DNA from: a virus
Taxonomy: Duplodnaviria > Caudoviricetes
Length of the DNA stretch: 64,000 nucleotides
Strand: one strand, 5' to 3'
Virus record (IMG/VR): IMGVR_UViG_3300029911_000025
Location: 775 to 64,774 of that record
Below are positions 1 to 9,937 of the stretch, one piece after another (position 1 is the first letter of the stretch; every line of letters begins with the position of its first letter). The notes beneath the pieces were generated by a model. The model did not search any database. It saw nothing but the letters and a program-made list of their open reading frames with translations, and was not told where the DNA came from. The position numbers and the translations under genes are program-made.

Positions 1-141
1 ACACAAGAGGAAGTGGATCGGTTGCGGGAGGCGTGGATCGAGGCGGCGGAGGCTTATTAGCGGGACCCCAGCCCGTTGAGCGCGGGCCATGCGAATAAGG
101 CGGCACGCGACAAAGCATGGACAGCCTACCAAACCGCCCGC
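1..141. repeat. Terminal overlap block A, near-identical to 63513-63653
   Basis: Direct comparison at offset 63512 shows several substitutions. TAG at 58-60 corresponds to CAG in the right-end copy. Confidence 0.95.
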
Positions 142-164
142 ACCGCAAGAGAGGGAGAGGGAGA

Positions 165-314
165 ATGATCCGAGTCTGCCCAGAGCGCGACGCAGTTTGC
201 CCGCACGGCATGGACTGTCCCTACGTCCTTGACCGCTACGAGTGCAAGCCGGAACCCAGGCCCGAAACGCCACCAATGGCCAACCCTCAACGCCATGCGG
301 AAGAGGTGGGGTGA
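165..314 (+). CDS. Small Cys-rich hypothetical protein
   Basis: RBS GAGGGAG before ATG; MIRVCPERDAVCPHGMDC; stop overlaps the next start. Confidence 0.5.
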   Translation: MIRVCPERDAVCPHGMDCPYVLDRYECKPEPRPETPPMANPQRHAEEVG

Positions 315-589
315 TGGCTGAAAAGCACCACGCCGATCATGGGCCGATCTCTGCCGAGCATCACGCGCTGATGAACAGCCTGGCGCACGGTCTGGACGAA
401 ATCTTCAACGGCAAGGACTGCCCCGCCGACAAGAAGCGCGTCGGCTTCTTCCTGACCGTGTTCAACCTTGATGAATCCGAGGGTCGTTTCAACTACATCA
501 GCAACGCCGACAAACTAGATGTGCGGGTGATGCTGAAAGACGTTCTAGCGCGCATCGAAGCCAGACTTTCACCAGAAGGAACAGCATAA
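314..589 (+). CDS. Hypothetical phage protein
   Basis: MAEKHH start, translationally coupled to its neighbours, typical codon usage. Confidence 0.7.
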   Translation: MAEKHHADHGPISAEHHALMNSLAHGLDEIFNGKDCPADKKRVGFFLTVFNLDESEGRFNYISNADKLDVRVMLKDVLARIEARLSPEGTA

Positions 590-831
590 TGACCACTACA
601 GGCGAAACCCTGACTTTCGGACAAAAGGCCGTGGGCCTTACATTCAATCCGTCGGCTGATGCCGCCGTGAACGAGTGCAAGCTAACCCACGCTGCGGCCA
701 TCGATCAGATGGACACCTTCCGCAATCTGCCGACAACCTCGCCGGAGGCGAAGCGGCTCGCGTCCATCGCCATTACCGAACTTCAAGGCGCCCAGATGTG
801 GGCGGTGAAGGCGCTAACGTGGAAGCCATGA
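589..831 (+). CDS. Acb2/Tad1-like helical-hairpin protein (putative cyclic-nucleotide sponge)
   Basis: GxKAVGLTFNPS N-terminus and RLASIAITELQGAQMWAVKALT C-terminal helix resemble the Acb2/Tad1 hairpin family. Confidence 0.55.
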   Translation: MTTTGETLTFGQKAVGLTFNPSADAAVNECKLTHAAAIDQMDTFRNLPTTSPEAKRLASIAITELQGAQMWAVKALTWKP

Positions 832-1385
832 CCTCCCCCACAAACCCCACGGACAAGCTGGTGGAGGCGCTGAAACATGCGCGCGGATGGGTTGTGACGT
901 GTTCGGAGTCCGCCAAGGCCAGACGCGACCTCAAAGAGATCGACGCCGCTTTGGACGCCTACCGCAGCCGCGCACAGGACGATGGAGTGACGATGCTTGT
1001 CGGTCAAGAATGGCTTGACCGCAAGACCGCCTCTGACCCTGACGACGCCGACTGCGAAGTGCGCCCTCCCCTGATCGTCACGGACAAACTGGTGGAGGCG
1101 GTGGCGAGGGCGCTCTGCATCAGTCGCGACGGGCTCGACCTGTCCCGCGAGAAGGACCGCAAGTATCTCGAAGGCGAATGGTCGGACTGGAAAGACGAAG
1201 CCCGCGCCGCCCTAGAAGCCGCCCTAGCCCGCTCCGGTCCAGCCGAACACGACCGCGAGGAGTTGCTTGACACGATCGCGGACGCGATTGGCGACAGTAT
1301 GGATATGGACTGGAACTACCGCGACGGTGCGCGATCAGTGCTTGCAGCGTTGGTGGCTGAAAACATCGTGAAGGTGAAACCATGA
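828..1385 (+). CDS. Modular hypothetical protein; C-terminal ~52 aa shared with 63674-63991
   Basis: ATGA overlap with the upstream gene; TDKLVEA motif occurs twice; tail matches the right-end ORF. Confidence 0.7.
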   Translation: MTSPTNPTDKLVEALKHARGWVVTCSESAKARRDLKEIDAALDAYRSRAQDDGVTMLVGQEWLDRKTASDPDDADCEVRPPLIVTDKLVEAVARALCISRDGLDLSREKDRKYLEGEWSDWKDEARAALEAALARSGPAEHDREELLDTIADAIGDSMDMDWNYRDGARSVLAALVAENIVKVKP

Positions 1386-1394
1386 CAGACTTTG
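1227..1394. repeat. Terminal overlap block B, near-identical to 63833-64000
   Basis: Direct comparison at offset 62606 shows only a few mismatches. Confidence 0.95.
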
Positions 1395-1933
1395 CTTGGC
1401 TGATCGAGGCCCCCGGCCCGATGTATCTTCGCACCCGGACCATCGGACATCACCCTGACTTTGGGTGGACGCACGAAGCCAACGAGGCCCTCCGGTTCAT
1501 ATCCAAAGACCAAGCCGATGGCGTTATGATGGCGGTGCGTCGCATGGAGCCCGCGCTGTTCGCGTTCGAGAGCACGCTTGGCAACGCATGGCCCCGCGAA
1601 CACGGATGGCTAGCCCTCGCCACGGGAGCTGGGGGAATGACCGCCGGTCCGATCCTCGCGGTGAACAACTTGGAACAGGTTAAAATCATAGCGGACTCCT
1701 ACGTTTACAAATCCCGCACCTACACCGCCGAGGAAGTGGCTGCGGCGCTGGATGGGGTGGTCACGGAGGAAATGGTGGAGGCGGGGGCGAGGGCCTTGGC
1801 GGTATCCGTTGCGGACGGCCACGAGTTTGCCCCTTGGGACAAAAAACACCCGGACACGAAAGCCGAATATATCCGCAACGCCCGCGCCGCCCCTACCGCC
1901 GCCCTCGAGGCAGCAAAGGAGACGGAGCGATGA
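1382..1933 (+). CDS. Modular hypothetical protein
   Basis: ATGA overlap; contains a VTEEMVEAGARAL module; possible internal start near 1637. Confidence 0.65.
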   Translation: MTDFAWLIEAPGPMYLRTRTIGHHPDFGWTHEANEALRFISKDQADGVMMAVRRMEPALFAFESTLGNAWPREHGWLALATGAGGMTAGPILAVNNLEQVKIIADSYVYKSRTYTAEEVAAALDGVVTEEMVEAGARALAVSVADGHEFAPWDKKHPDTKAEYIRNARAAPTAALEAAKETER

Positions 1934-2139
1934 ACCCTGTCAATGCGCCCTACTGCCGCGCTTACGACTGCATCGGCAAATGCGCTGGATTTTACACCCA
2001 CGCCACCTGCCCGTTTAACAACCCGCCTCCCTCTGGAAACGGCATAGAGAGATATGAGCTGCTCAGAGACGTGATGATCCGCCTGAAGTCGTTGGAACGC
2101 GCGGTCGGGACGAATACCGTCGTTGGAGGACCAAAATGA
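1930..2139 (+). CDS. Small Cys/His-rich hypothetical protein
   Basis: RBS GGAG, ATGA overlap, CxxxxCxxxC...HxxC pattern. Confidence 0.5.
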   Translation: MNPVNAPYCRAYDCIGKCAGFYTHATCPFNNPPPSGNGIERYELLRDVMIRLKSLERAVGTNTVVGGPK

Positions 2140-2492
2140 GAATGGTTAGCGAAGAAGTGGAGCGACTGCAGGCGGCTCTAGCGGCTTATCCTAGAGGACA
2201 TTCCACAAACAATAAGGGGGCGCTCGTGGTTCAGGTGTTGGTTAACGATCTTCGATACGTTCTCTCTTTAGCTGAGTCCAAATCATCTCGCGCAAAGCTG
2301 GACGCGGGGGAATGACCGAGCCCCGCTGGGTCCGCAGGATCGACTGGGGCCTATGGGCGGCGGCGGCGGCTGGATCAACGGTCGCTTCTCTTGGCAGCCA
2401 TGCACCCCAGCTGGGACCGCGTATTGCGATTGGGAGTGTTCGTGTCCCAGCTCTGCATCTCACCGCGCCTCCCATAAACCCAAGGACCACCC

Positions 2493-2813
2493 ATGACCCA
2501 GGATGACAACGCGCTGTTTGAGCGCATCGAACAGGACTTGCGGGGACGACGCGATCCCAAGTGGGCACACAATTTCGATCCCGCCCTGACGGATGACTAT
2601 GAAGCCCTCCTCGCCCTCGCCCGCGCTCAACCGGAGGGGTGGGTGTTGGTGCCGAGGGAGCCGACCGAGGCGATGGTGCATGAAGGCGGCCTTATGTGCG
2701 ACGACGGGACCGAACATGAAGAGAGAGCCCGCGCAAGGGGTGTCTGGATTATGATGGTGGAAGCGTCCCCGCTTTGTCCCGCCGCTCCTACCAGTGATGG
2801 GGGAGAAGGGTGA
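2493..2813 (+). CDS. Hypothetical protein (GWVLVPREPTEAM motif)
   Basis: RBS AAGGA; the LVPxEPTxxM module is common in small phage proteins. Confidence 0.65.
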   Translation: MTQDDNALFERIEQDLRGRRDPKWAHNFDPALTDDYEALLALARAQPEGWVLVPREPTEAMVHEGGLMCDDGTEHEERARARGVWIMMVEASPLCPAAPTSDGGEG

Positions 2814-3097
2814 TGGGCGAGTCCATCTTAGACCTATCCGGCGCACCCTCGGAAGTCCTGCGGGGAAGCGAACCCGAGCCCGGCGACCTCTATCGCAAAG
2901 CTGGTGGTCCTCCCGGTTTCTGGTGGGTCATTTCCGTTGCGCCCTCTGGCGACTGCTACGTTCTCGCGCTGGACCTTGAAGGGCGCTTGACCGGCGCTGG
3001 TCGATACGCCGCGAGCTACTTCAACCGCAACGTCGCGCGGAGGGTTGGATACGCCGAACTGCCGAGCGTCCGCGTAACATGGGGCATTCCACAATGA
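2810..3097 (+). CDS. Hypothetical protein
   Basis: Coupled ORF with an RBS. Confidence 0.55.
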   Translation: MMGESILDLSGAPSEVLRGSEPEPGDLYRKAGGPPGFWWVISVAPSGDCYVLALDLEGRLTGAGRYAASYFNRNVARRVGYAELPSVRVTWGIPQ

Positions 3098-3194
3098 CCC
3101 TCCTAACCCACGCCCTCTTGCTCCTCCTCGCCTTCGCAGCTGGGATCATAACCGACATGGTGTTTTTCTCTAAAGGGCCGAAGGGACCGTTTGA

Positions 3195-3731
3195 GTGATG
3201 CTAGAGATACTGGGGAAAGACCTTGTGCTGACATACCCGCCAGCGTTGGCGCTTACGGCGGTTTCGGCGCAGGCCATGGGCGCTGTGATAAACTCGCACG
3301 CGGCCATGTACGGACCAAGCGAAGCAGCGGCGTTTCAAGCACTAAATGCGATTACGCTGTTCTCGGGTTCGATAAACTTTAACGACGAACAAATGAGCCG
3401 TTCGTTCACTGACCAAAAGACAGGGACGTTTTACTGGCTGGACACTGAGATCGCGCTGTACTTATCGGCGCCCGTCATGGCTTGCTATTTCTTTCATGAC
3501 TGCTGGCACATGGTCCAATTCAAACAAGACGACGGACCAGCGGCTACCCTGAGCGACGAAATAAATCGCGAAGTTGATGCGGTGGCGCGACAAGTCGTTG
3601 TGGGCGGTAAGCTCGGTGTCCCGCAGTATGTTCTTGACTTTCTCACCAAGTATGGCAATGACCGCGCCGCCATTGCCACGCGCATCGGCCAAGGCGTAAA
3701 CTCTTGCGCTTGCCGCATTGGTCAGGGGTAA
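3195..3731 (+). CDS. Hypothetical protein, possible zincin-like fold (HDCWH...E)
   Basis: 178-aa ORF upstream of polA with an HxxxH motif and a downstream Glu. Confidence 0.55.
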   Translation: MMLEILGKDLVLTYPPALALTAVSAQAMGAVINSHAAMYGPSEAAAFQALNAITLFSGSINFNDEQMSRSFTDQKTGTFYWLDTEIALYLSAPVMACYFFHDCWHMVQFKQDDGPAATLSDEINREVDAVARQVVVGGKLGVPQYVLDFLTKYGNDRAAIATRIGQGVNSCACRIGQG

Positions 3732-3733
3732 AT

Positions 3734-5656
3734 ATGAAGCGCCCGCCGCAAGTTGTAACTGTAGACTTTGAGACGCTGCCCATACAGCCGCGTCCGCAAT
3801 TTCCGCCGGAGCCGGTGGGTGTGTCCATACTCATGCCCTCTGAGAAGAAGGCGCGGTATTTCGCTTGGGGCCACCCGGCCGTGAATAACTGCACCAAGCG
3901 GCAAGGCGCCGCCGCGCTGAAGACCGCATGGACTGCGGGTTATCCCTTGCTGTTCCAGAACGCTAAGTTTGATATATCCGTGGCGCAAGAGAAATTGGGG
4001 CTTCCTTTCCCCAAAGAATACCACGACACGATGTTTCTTCTATTTTTACATGATCCACACGCGCCCGATCTTAAGCTGAAGGAAGCGGCAGAACGCATAC
4101 TAGGTGAACCACCACTTGAGCGCGACACTCTTAAAGAGTGGATCATGTCTCATAAGAAACAGATCGCTGAAGAGTTTGGTTGGGAATTCACACCTAAAGA
4201 GTGGGGCAGCGCCATTGCCTATGCGCCGGGCGACTTGGTAGGAACCTACGCCAATGGGGACTCTACGCGAACCCGTGGTCTGTTCAACCACTTGTGGCCA
4301 CGTATATGTGAGCGCGGCATGCAAGCCGCCTACCAGCGCGAAATCGACATCATGCCCATATTCCTTGAAAACGAGCGGGTAGGCTTGCGGGTCGATGTTG
4401 ATAATCTGCGTAAAGACGTTGATGTTTACAACAGAGCGATGGAGACAGCCGATCAATGGTTGCGCAAGCGCCTGAAGACCAAGGACCTTAACCTTGACAA
4501 CGATGGCGAAGTCGCTGAGGCCCTGAGCAAGACGGGCGTAATAGCCGCCGAAGACTGGGCTGTGACCGCCACGGGCAGGCGCAGCGTCAGCAAAGCGAAC
4601 CTTCTGCCGGGCATGTTCAAAGACCCCGCTGTCGCGAGCGTGCTAGGGTACAGAAATCGGCTGACCACTTGCCTTAAGATGTTCATGTACCCATGGCTCC
4701 GCCAAGCCGAGGCGCGGCCTGACCGCCACATAAGCACGAACTGGAACCAAGTGCGTCAGCCTAGGGGCACAAGCACGGGCGGTACGCGCACGGGCAGGCC
4801 GTCCACTGCCGACCCTAACTTTCTCAACCTGAGCAAGACTTGGGACGACAAGGACGACGGGTTCATCGAGCCGCACAAGCTTACCGGGCGGAACAAGTCG
4901 GACCCCGTACTCCAAAGCCTCCTAGGCTTGCCCCTAGTGCGCCGCTATATTCTACCCGATGCGGGCGAGACCTTTTGCCACCGCGATTTTAACGGTCAAG
5001 AACTTCGGGTCATGGGACACTTTGAAGACGGCGCGCTTCTTAAGGCATACCAAGAAGACCCAACGATCGATGTTCACTCCTGGGTCAAGGATATGATCCT
5101 TGAACACGCGGGGTTGGACTACCATCGCCACCAAGTCAAGGTAACTAATTTCAGGCGCATATACGGCGGCGGCGCGCCTGCCATGGCAAACGCCCTGCAC
5201 ATCAGCTTGGACGCCGCCAAACAGCTCCTAACGGCCCACAGTAAGGCGTTGCCGGGGCTTAAGGACCTGCAGGACCAAATAAAGGCGCTCAGCGCGGCGG
5301 GCGAGCCTATTGTGACTTGGGGCGGCCGAGAGTATTATGTGGAACCGCCGGGGTATTCCGAGCGCTTTAAGAGACACATGACTTATGAGTACAAGCTGCT
5401 GAATTACCTTGTGCAGGGCTCTGCGGCCGACATAACCAAGGAAGCGATCTTGCGTTACCATAGGCACCCCAAGCGCACGGGTCGGTTTCTTGTTACGGTG
5501 TACGACGAGATCAACGTAAGCGCCAAGAAAGCGGCGCATGAAATGGAGATACTTCGCCAGTGCATGGAGGGCATTGAGCTAGACGTGCTTCTGTTATCAG
5601 ATGGTAAAACAGGTCCCAACTGGGGAACGCTAACCAAATTCGTGGATACAAGATGA
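3734..5656 (+). CDS. polA: DNA polymerase, family A
   Basis: 3'-5' exonuclease motifs DFET and NAKFD; TRTGRPS; motif A DFNGQELR; motif B K..NF..YG; NYLVQGSAAD; motif C VYDE. Confidence 0.95.
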   Translation: MKRPPQVVTVDFETLPIQPRPQFPPEPVGVSILMPSEKKARYFAWGHPAVNNCTKRQGAAALKTAWTAGYPLLFQNAKFDISVAQEKLGLPFPKEYHDTMFLLFLHDPHAPDLKLKEAAERILGEPPLERDTLKEWIMSHKKQIAEEFGWEFTPKEWGSAIAYAPGDLVGTYANGDSTRTRGLFNHLWPRICERGMQAAYQREIDIMPIFLENERVGLRVDVDNLRKDVDVYNRAMETADQWLRKRLKTKDLNLDNDGEVAEALSKTGVIAAEDWAVTATGRRSVSKANLLPGMFKDPAVASVLGYRNRLTTCLKMFMYPWLRQAEARPDRHISTNWNQVRQPRGTSTGGTRTGRPSTADPNFLNLSKTWDDKDDGFIEPHKLTGRNKSDPVLQSLLGLPLVRRYILPDAGETFCHRDFNGQELRVMGHFEDGALLKAYQEDPTIDVHSWVKDMILEHAGLDYHRHQVKVTNFRRIYGGGAPAMANALHISLDAAKQLLTAHSKALPGLKDLQDQIKALSAAGEPIVTWGGREYYVEPPGYSERFKRHMTYEYKLLNYLVQGSAADITKEAILRYHRHPKRTGRFLVTVYDEINVSAKKAAHEMEILRQCMEGIELDVLLLSDGKTGPNWGTLTKFVDTR

Positions 5657-6019
5657 ACATACCGCGCGCCTACACTTGTCCGCTTATCGATCCTAAGCCC
5701 GCTGGCGTATGCCCGCATCGGGTGTACCCGTTTGTCGGCGTGGCTGGAAAGCAAGTGGCGCCGAACCTTAAGTCTTACTGCAATATTCGTGAAAAATGTT
5801 TAGCCAGCGGGAAGGGAAAACCGTGAGCACTCATCCCGTAAGATTTCCGCGCTTTGTGTTCGATGGACCGGGCCGCGTAGAAATCACCAAAGCTGACGGA
5901 ACGCTGCGCTGCCGGCAAGCGGTGATGCCGCCGTATTCTCTAACGCCGCGCCAATGTAAGAAGCGCGGCACGACACAAGAAGGTGTTCACTGGCTCTGCC
6001 GTAATCATAAAGGATTAAA

Positions 6020-6703
6020 ATGACAACGCCTCTCGTAACTGCATGGTCGTACACACGGTACGCTGATTACACTCGGTGCCCGCTGTATTTCAAGCTGAAC
6101 TACTTGGACAAAACCATCAAGTTTGAAGGCTCGCCCGCTATGCGGCGCGGGTCGAACATACACAAGGAAGCGGAGGACTTCACGCTTGGGCGCACCAAGA
6201 AGCTGCCTGACAGCCTGAAGAACTTCAAGACTCAGTTTGCCGAGCTTAAAGCGCTGAAGCCCATGGTGGAGCAGAACTGGGGCTTTCAGAAAGAATGGTC
6301 TTGGATCGGCCGCCCCGGCTGGTTCGGCGACGACGTGTGGTTGCGCGTGAAGGCCGACGTCTTCGCCCACTACGACGACGATACCGCGGATCTCATTGAC
6401 CACAAGACCGGACGCAAGTATGGCGTCAACATGGAGCAGGTGGAGCTCTTCGGCGCCACCGCGTTCATGCGTCTACCCACACTAAAGCACGTGAACATTC
6501 GGCTTTGGTACTTGGACATCGCCGATCCCAGCCAAAACGAAGAACTGGTCGAGATGACCGCCGCCGAGGCCGTGCTTATCCGCAAGGACTGGGACAAGAA
6601 GGTCAAGCCCATGTTCGCCGATCGGCGCTTTGCTCCGAAGCCAAACGATAAATGTCGCTGGTGTCCCGCGTCCAACGCTAACGGAGGAGTCTGTAAATTC
6701 TGA
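6020..6703 (+). CDS. PD-(D/E)XK Cas4-like exonuclease
   Basis: WSY..CP, RG..IH, D..DHKTG, C-terminal CRWC...C Fe-S motif. Confidence 0.85.
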   Translation: MTTPLVTAWSYTRYADYTRCPLYFKLNYLDKTIKFEGSPAMRRGSNIHKEAEDFTLGRTKKLPDSLKNFKTQFAELKALKPMVEQNWGFQKEWSWIGRPGWFGDDVWLRVKADVFAHYDDDTADLIDHKTGRKYGVNMEQVELFGATAFMRLPTLKHVNIRLWYLDIADPSQNEELVEMTAAEAVLIRKDWDKKVKPMFADRRFAPKPNDKCRWCPASNANGGVCKF

Positions 6704-6872
6704 CGTCCAAAGATTTCGCAGTCGTATGCTCTACCGCTGTCGCCGCCGTAGAGATGGAGTTTTACGAAAAGAGCGACGCTGACAAATACGCCAAGGCTAC
6801 GGCCGAGCGTAGCCCACAAGAAGAGTACTGGGTCGTTGAGATCAAGTCGAAATATAATGCGGGAGAAAACTG

Positions 6873-7292
6873 ATGCGTACACCCGACCTCATCATCGGAA
6901 CTGAGGAAGACCCATACTTGAAAAGATGGTGGGTCATACCGCGCAACCCGGTGTTCAACATATATCTGCACCAGATACTGCGGCCCGACAACGACGTGCT
7001 GCACGACCATCCATGGTGGAACTTGAGCATCGTGCTCAAGGGAGGCTATGTGGAGACCACGCCAAAGGACGCTTACACGCGGCGGGCGGGTAGCCTTGTG
7101 GCGCGGCGCCCCACGGCCCTGCACAGTCTTGCGCCGCTCCCAGGCGGCTGCTGGAGCCTGTTCATCACCGGCCCCCGGCTGCGGGTGTGGGGCTTTGCCT
7201 GCCCAAAAGGCTGGATACCGTACTACAAGTTCAAAAACTACGACAACCGCGCATCGGGCGAAGTTGTCGGTGAAGGAGGATGCGGAGAATGA
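6873..7292 (+). CDS. Cupin-like phage protein
   Basis: LH...D...HDHPW...SIVLKGGY.E...H metal-binding pattern. Confidence 0.7.
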   Translation: MRTPDLIIGTEEDPYLKRWWVIPRNPVFNIYLHQILRPDNDVLHDHPWWNLSIVLKGGYVETTPKDAYTRRAGSLVARRPTALHSLAPLPGGCWSLFITGPRLRVWGFACPKGWIPYYKFKNYDNRASGEVVGEGGCGE

Positions 7293-7810
7293 CCCACGTA
7301 ATGCTTGACCTTGAAACCTACGGCGTGGCGTCGGGATGCCCCGTGCTGAGTATCGGCGCCGTTGTGTTCAGCCCCGGTAGCGCCCCTAACGAGTTTTACG
7401 GCGTGGCGCGTAAAGAGCAACTCCGGTTCGGCCTATGGGAAGAACCTGAGACTGTGAAGTACTGGCAAGACCAGAGCGAAGACGCACGCAAGGTTCTCAC
7501 AGACCCGCGCGCCGTTGACCTGGACGTGCTTCTCAAGCGGTTCGCCGATTGGCTGGACCCCGCTGCGTTTGTCTGGGGCAACGGCGCGGACTTCGACCTG
7601 CCTATTTTGGCGACCGCTTATCGGGCATGCGGCATGGCTGTTCCGTGGCGCGGCTTCAACGGGCGGTGCTATCGCACCATGAAGAACTTGGCCCCTAGCG
7701 TCAAACTCATTCGCCAAGGTACTCACCACAACGCGCTAGACGATGCCAAGTCCCAAGCCGAGCATCTGACCCGCGTGCTTGCCGCGCTGGGTGGCCTTAC
7801 GCTAGGGTGA
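7289..7810 (+). CDS. DEDDh 3'-5' exonuclease
   Basis: MLDLET, WGNGADFD and HNALDDA motifs. Confidence 0.9.
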   Translation: MTHVMLDLETYGVASGCPVLSIGAVVFSPGSAPNEFYGVARKEQLRFGLWEEPETVKYWQDQSEDARKVLTDPRAVDLDVLLKRFADWLDPAAFVWGNGADFDLPILATAYRACGMAVPWRGFNGRCYRTMKNLAPSVKLIRQGTHHNALDDAKSQAEHLTRVLAALGGLTLG

Positions 7811-7813
7811 CGC

Positions 7814-8176
7814 ATGCCGGGGCGTAAAGATCACTACGGGACCACGCCCAAGGCGCGGCGCCTTGTGCGGCAGCTCGGGCAAAACGTGCGCGCCTTGCGT
7901 CAGCACTACGGCTGGTCTATGGTGGAACTCGGGCAGCGCAGCGGTCTAAGCTGGCGTATGATTGAGAAGATAGAGCAGGAAGGCAGCGCGCCAAGTTTTG
8001 TCGGTGTGGTATGGCTCGCAGAAGCGTTTGATGTTACCATAAATCAGTTGGTCTACATGCCGCTTATCTGCGTTGATGGACGGTTGCAGTCGCCTATAGA
8101 CGGAAGGTTCATAGTACACAATGCGGCGGGAACGCGAAGAGATAGAGAAGCCGGTACAACGGAGAGCACTTCTTGA
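7814..8176 (+). CDS. XRE-family HTH DNA-binding protein
   Basis: VRALRQHYGWSMVELGQRSGLS..MIEKIE...PS...LAEAFDV. Confidence 0.8.
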   Translation: MPGRKDHYGTTPKARRLVRQLGQNVRALRQHYGWSMVELGQRSGLSWRMIEKIEQEGSAPSFVGVVWLAEAFDVTINQLVYMPLICVDGRLQSPIDGRFIVHNAAGTRRDREAGTTESTS

Positions 8177-8516
8177 ATTACTTGTACCCTGCATCCCACT
8201 TAAGTTGATAGAGGGTAGTGAGACGGGGTGGCCCGACGGTATCTTCCTTATTCCAGGCGGGCGCCCGTTCTTCATAGAATTCAAATGGCCTGGAGAAGAG
8301 CCCGAGCCGAAGCAAGACTACATGCACACACTACTAAGGAACTTGGGGTATGACATCGAAGTCCACGACAACGTCGAAGAAGCTCTTGCAGCAATCAGAA
8401 CCCGCGCTGAAGCGGGTCGCCGTAAAATGGGAGCCCCTTCCATACATGAGGCGCGCCGTGAAGTTCTTACTGGAGCACGCGTGCGCCGCCCTGTTCCTCG
8501 ATCCCGGGCTTCGTAA
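8121..8516 (+). CDS. VRR-NUC endonuclease
   Basis: EIE, GWPD, FFIEFK and Q motifs. Confidence 0.85.
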   Translation: MRREREEIEKPVQRRALLELLVPCIPLKLIEGSETGWPDGIFLIPGGRPFFIEFKWPGEEPEPKQDYMHTLLRNLGYDIEVHDNVEEALAAIRTRAEAGRRKMGAPSIHEARREVLTGARVRRPVPRSRAS

Positions 8517-9837
8517 GACTTCCATCACCTACGCCGCGTTCTGCTTTCTGAAGAAGCAAGGCGTCGCCGATAAGATGCTTGTGATCGCGCCGATCAAAGC
8601 CTGTTACAGGGTTTGGCCTGCCGAAGCCGCCAAGTGGAAAGACTTCAGCCATCTACGCGTCGTCGTTCTTCATGGCCCTAAGAAGAACGAGCGGCTGCAC
8701 GAAGACGCCGACGTGTACGTGGTAAACCCCGAGGGCATCGAGTGGCTTGTTGGCAGTCGCAGCCTGCGCGAATGGAAGAAGCTTGGCTTTGATACCCTGT
8801 GCATAGACGAGCTCACAAAGTTTAAGAGCTCAAGCGGCAAGCGCTTCAAGATACTCAAGACGGTGCTGGACACTTTTAGCAGGCGGTGGGGCCTTACAGG
8901 CAGTCCGGCCCCCAACGGCCTGCTGGACCTCTTCGGACAGTGCTACGTGCTGGACCTTGGCCGCACGCTGGGCCGGTACATCACGCACTATCGGTTTGAG
9001 TACTTTGTCAACCCCGATAAACAAGGGTGGAACTGGGCGCTTAAGCCCGGCGCCAAAGAACGCATTTACGAAAGACTAAAGCCCCTTGCGCTGCGCATGA
9101 GCGCTGATGACTATTTGGACTTGCCGCCCATCATTGATATTGGGCTGGAGAAAGAAGAACGCCTTGAGCTGCCGCCTAAAGCGCGGGAACTCTATGACGC
9201 GCTTGAGGAAGACCTCATCGCTAAGATCGACGCCAAGATAGTCACGGCGGCCAACGCCGCTACAGCCGGAGGAAAGCTTTGGCAGATATGCAACGGCGGT
9301 CTGTACGTGGACCAAGACTTGGCGTCGATTATCAAAGGCGGCGTGGCGGGGCGCTCTACCATGAAGATACACGATGTCAAAACTGATTGGCTGGAAGAAC
9401 TCATAGAGTCTCTTAACGGCCAACCACTTTTGGTCGCGTACCAATACCAGCATGACCTGGAGCGCTTGCAAGAGCGCTTTGGCAAAGACATCCCCGTGTT
9501 CGGCGCGCACGATAAGAAGAACTCTCTCATAGAAGCCGCGTGGAACCGCAACGAACTCTTGTATGTGTTCGGTCAACAGGACTCCATTGCTCATGCTCTG
9601 AACTTGCAGGAAGGTTCTGCGGCGCACTTGGCGCACTACAGCTTGACGTGGAACCTTGAGACGTATGAGCAGCTTATCCGACGAATTCGCCGCTCGGGTA
9701 CGCAGGCCAAGCGCGTCTTTAGGTACCACGCGGTCATCAAGGATTCCACCGATGAAGACCGCGTGTACTCCATACGCCGCAAGGACAAAACACAGAAATC
9801 CCTTTTTGACGCATTGAAAGCGAGGCATGGCCGGTGA
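8350..9837 (+). CDS. SNF2/DEAD-like helicase
   Basis: DPGLRKT (motif I), CIDE, LTGSP, and C-terminal YEQ..RI.RSG. Confidence 0.9.
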   Translation: MTSKSTTTSKKLLQQSEPALKRVAVKWEPLPYMRRAVKFLLEHACAALFLDPGLRKTSITYAAFCFLKKQGVADKMLVIAPIKACYRVWPAEAAKWKDFSHLRVVVLHGPKKNERLHEDADVYVVNPEGIEWLVGSRSLREWKKLGFDTLCIDELTKFKSSSGKRFKILKTVLDTFSRRWGLTGSPAPNGLLDLFGQCYVLDLGRTLGRYITHYRFEYFVNPDKQGWNWALKPGAKERIYERLKPLALRMSADDYLDLPPIIDIGLEKEERLELPPKARELYDALEEDLIAKIDAKIVTAANAATAGGKLWQICNGGLYVDQDLASIIKGGVAGRSTMKIHDVKTDWLEELIESLNGQPLLVAYQYQHDLERLQERFGKDIPVFGAHDKKNSLIEAAWNRNELLYVFGQQDSIAHALNLQEGSAAHLAHYSLTWNLETYEQLIRRIRRSGTQAKRVFRYHAVIKDSTDEDRVYSIRRKDKTQKSLFDALKARHGR

Positions 9838-9937
9838 TGTGGTTAAAGATCAAGCAATGGCTATGGGCGGCCAAGCGCCGCCGTTACGAAAAACATCGTA
9901 CCAAGTGGCGCCGGGCTAACCCTATAAAGGATGTAAA

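Noticed and set aside
58-60. TAG in place of CAG as evidence of stop-codon recoding
   Set aside because: TAG ends several bona fide genes (e.g. 11769, 49989) and long genes are intact under the standard code; a single allele difference or sequencing error is more likely.
6020-6703. Cas4 as part of a CRISPR-Cas locus
   Set aside because: No other cas genes or array; it is a standalone phage exonuclease in the replication module.
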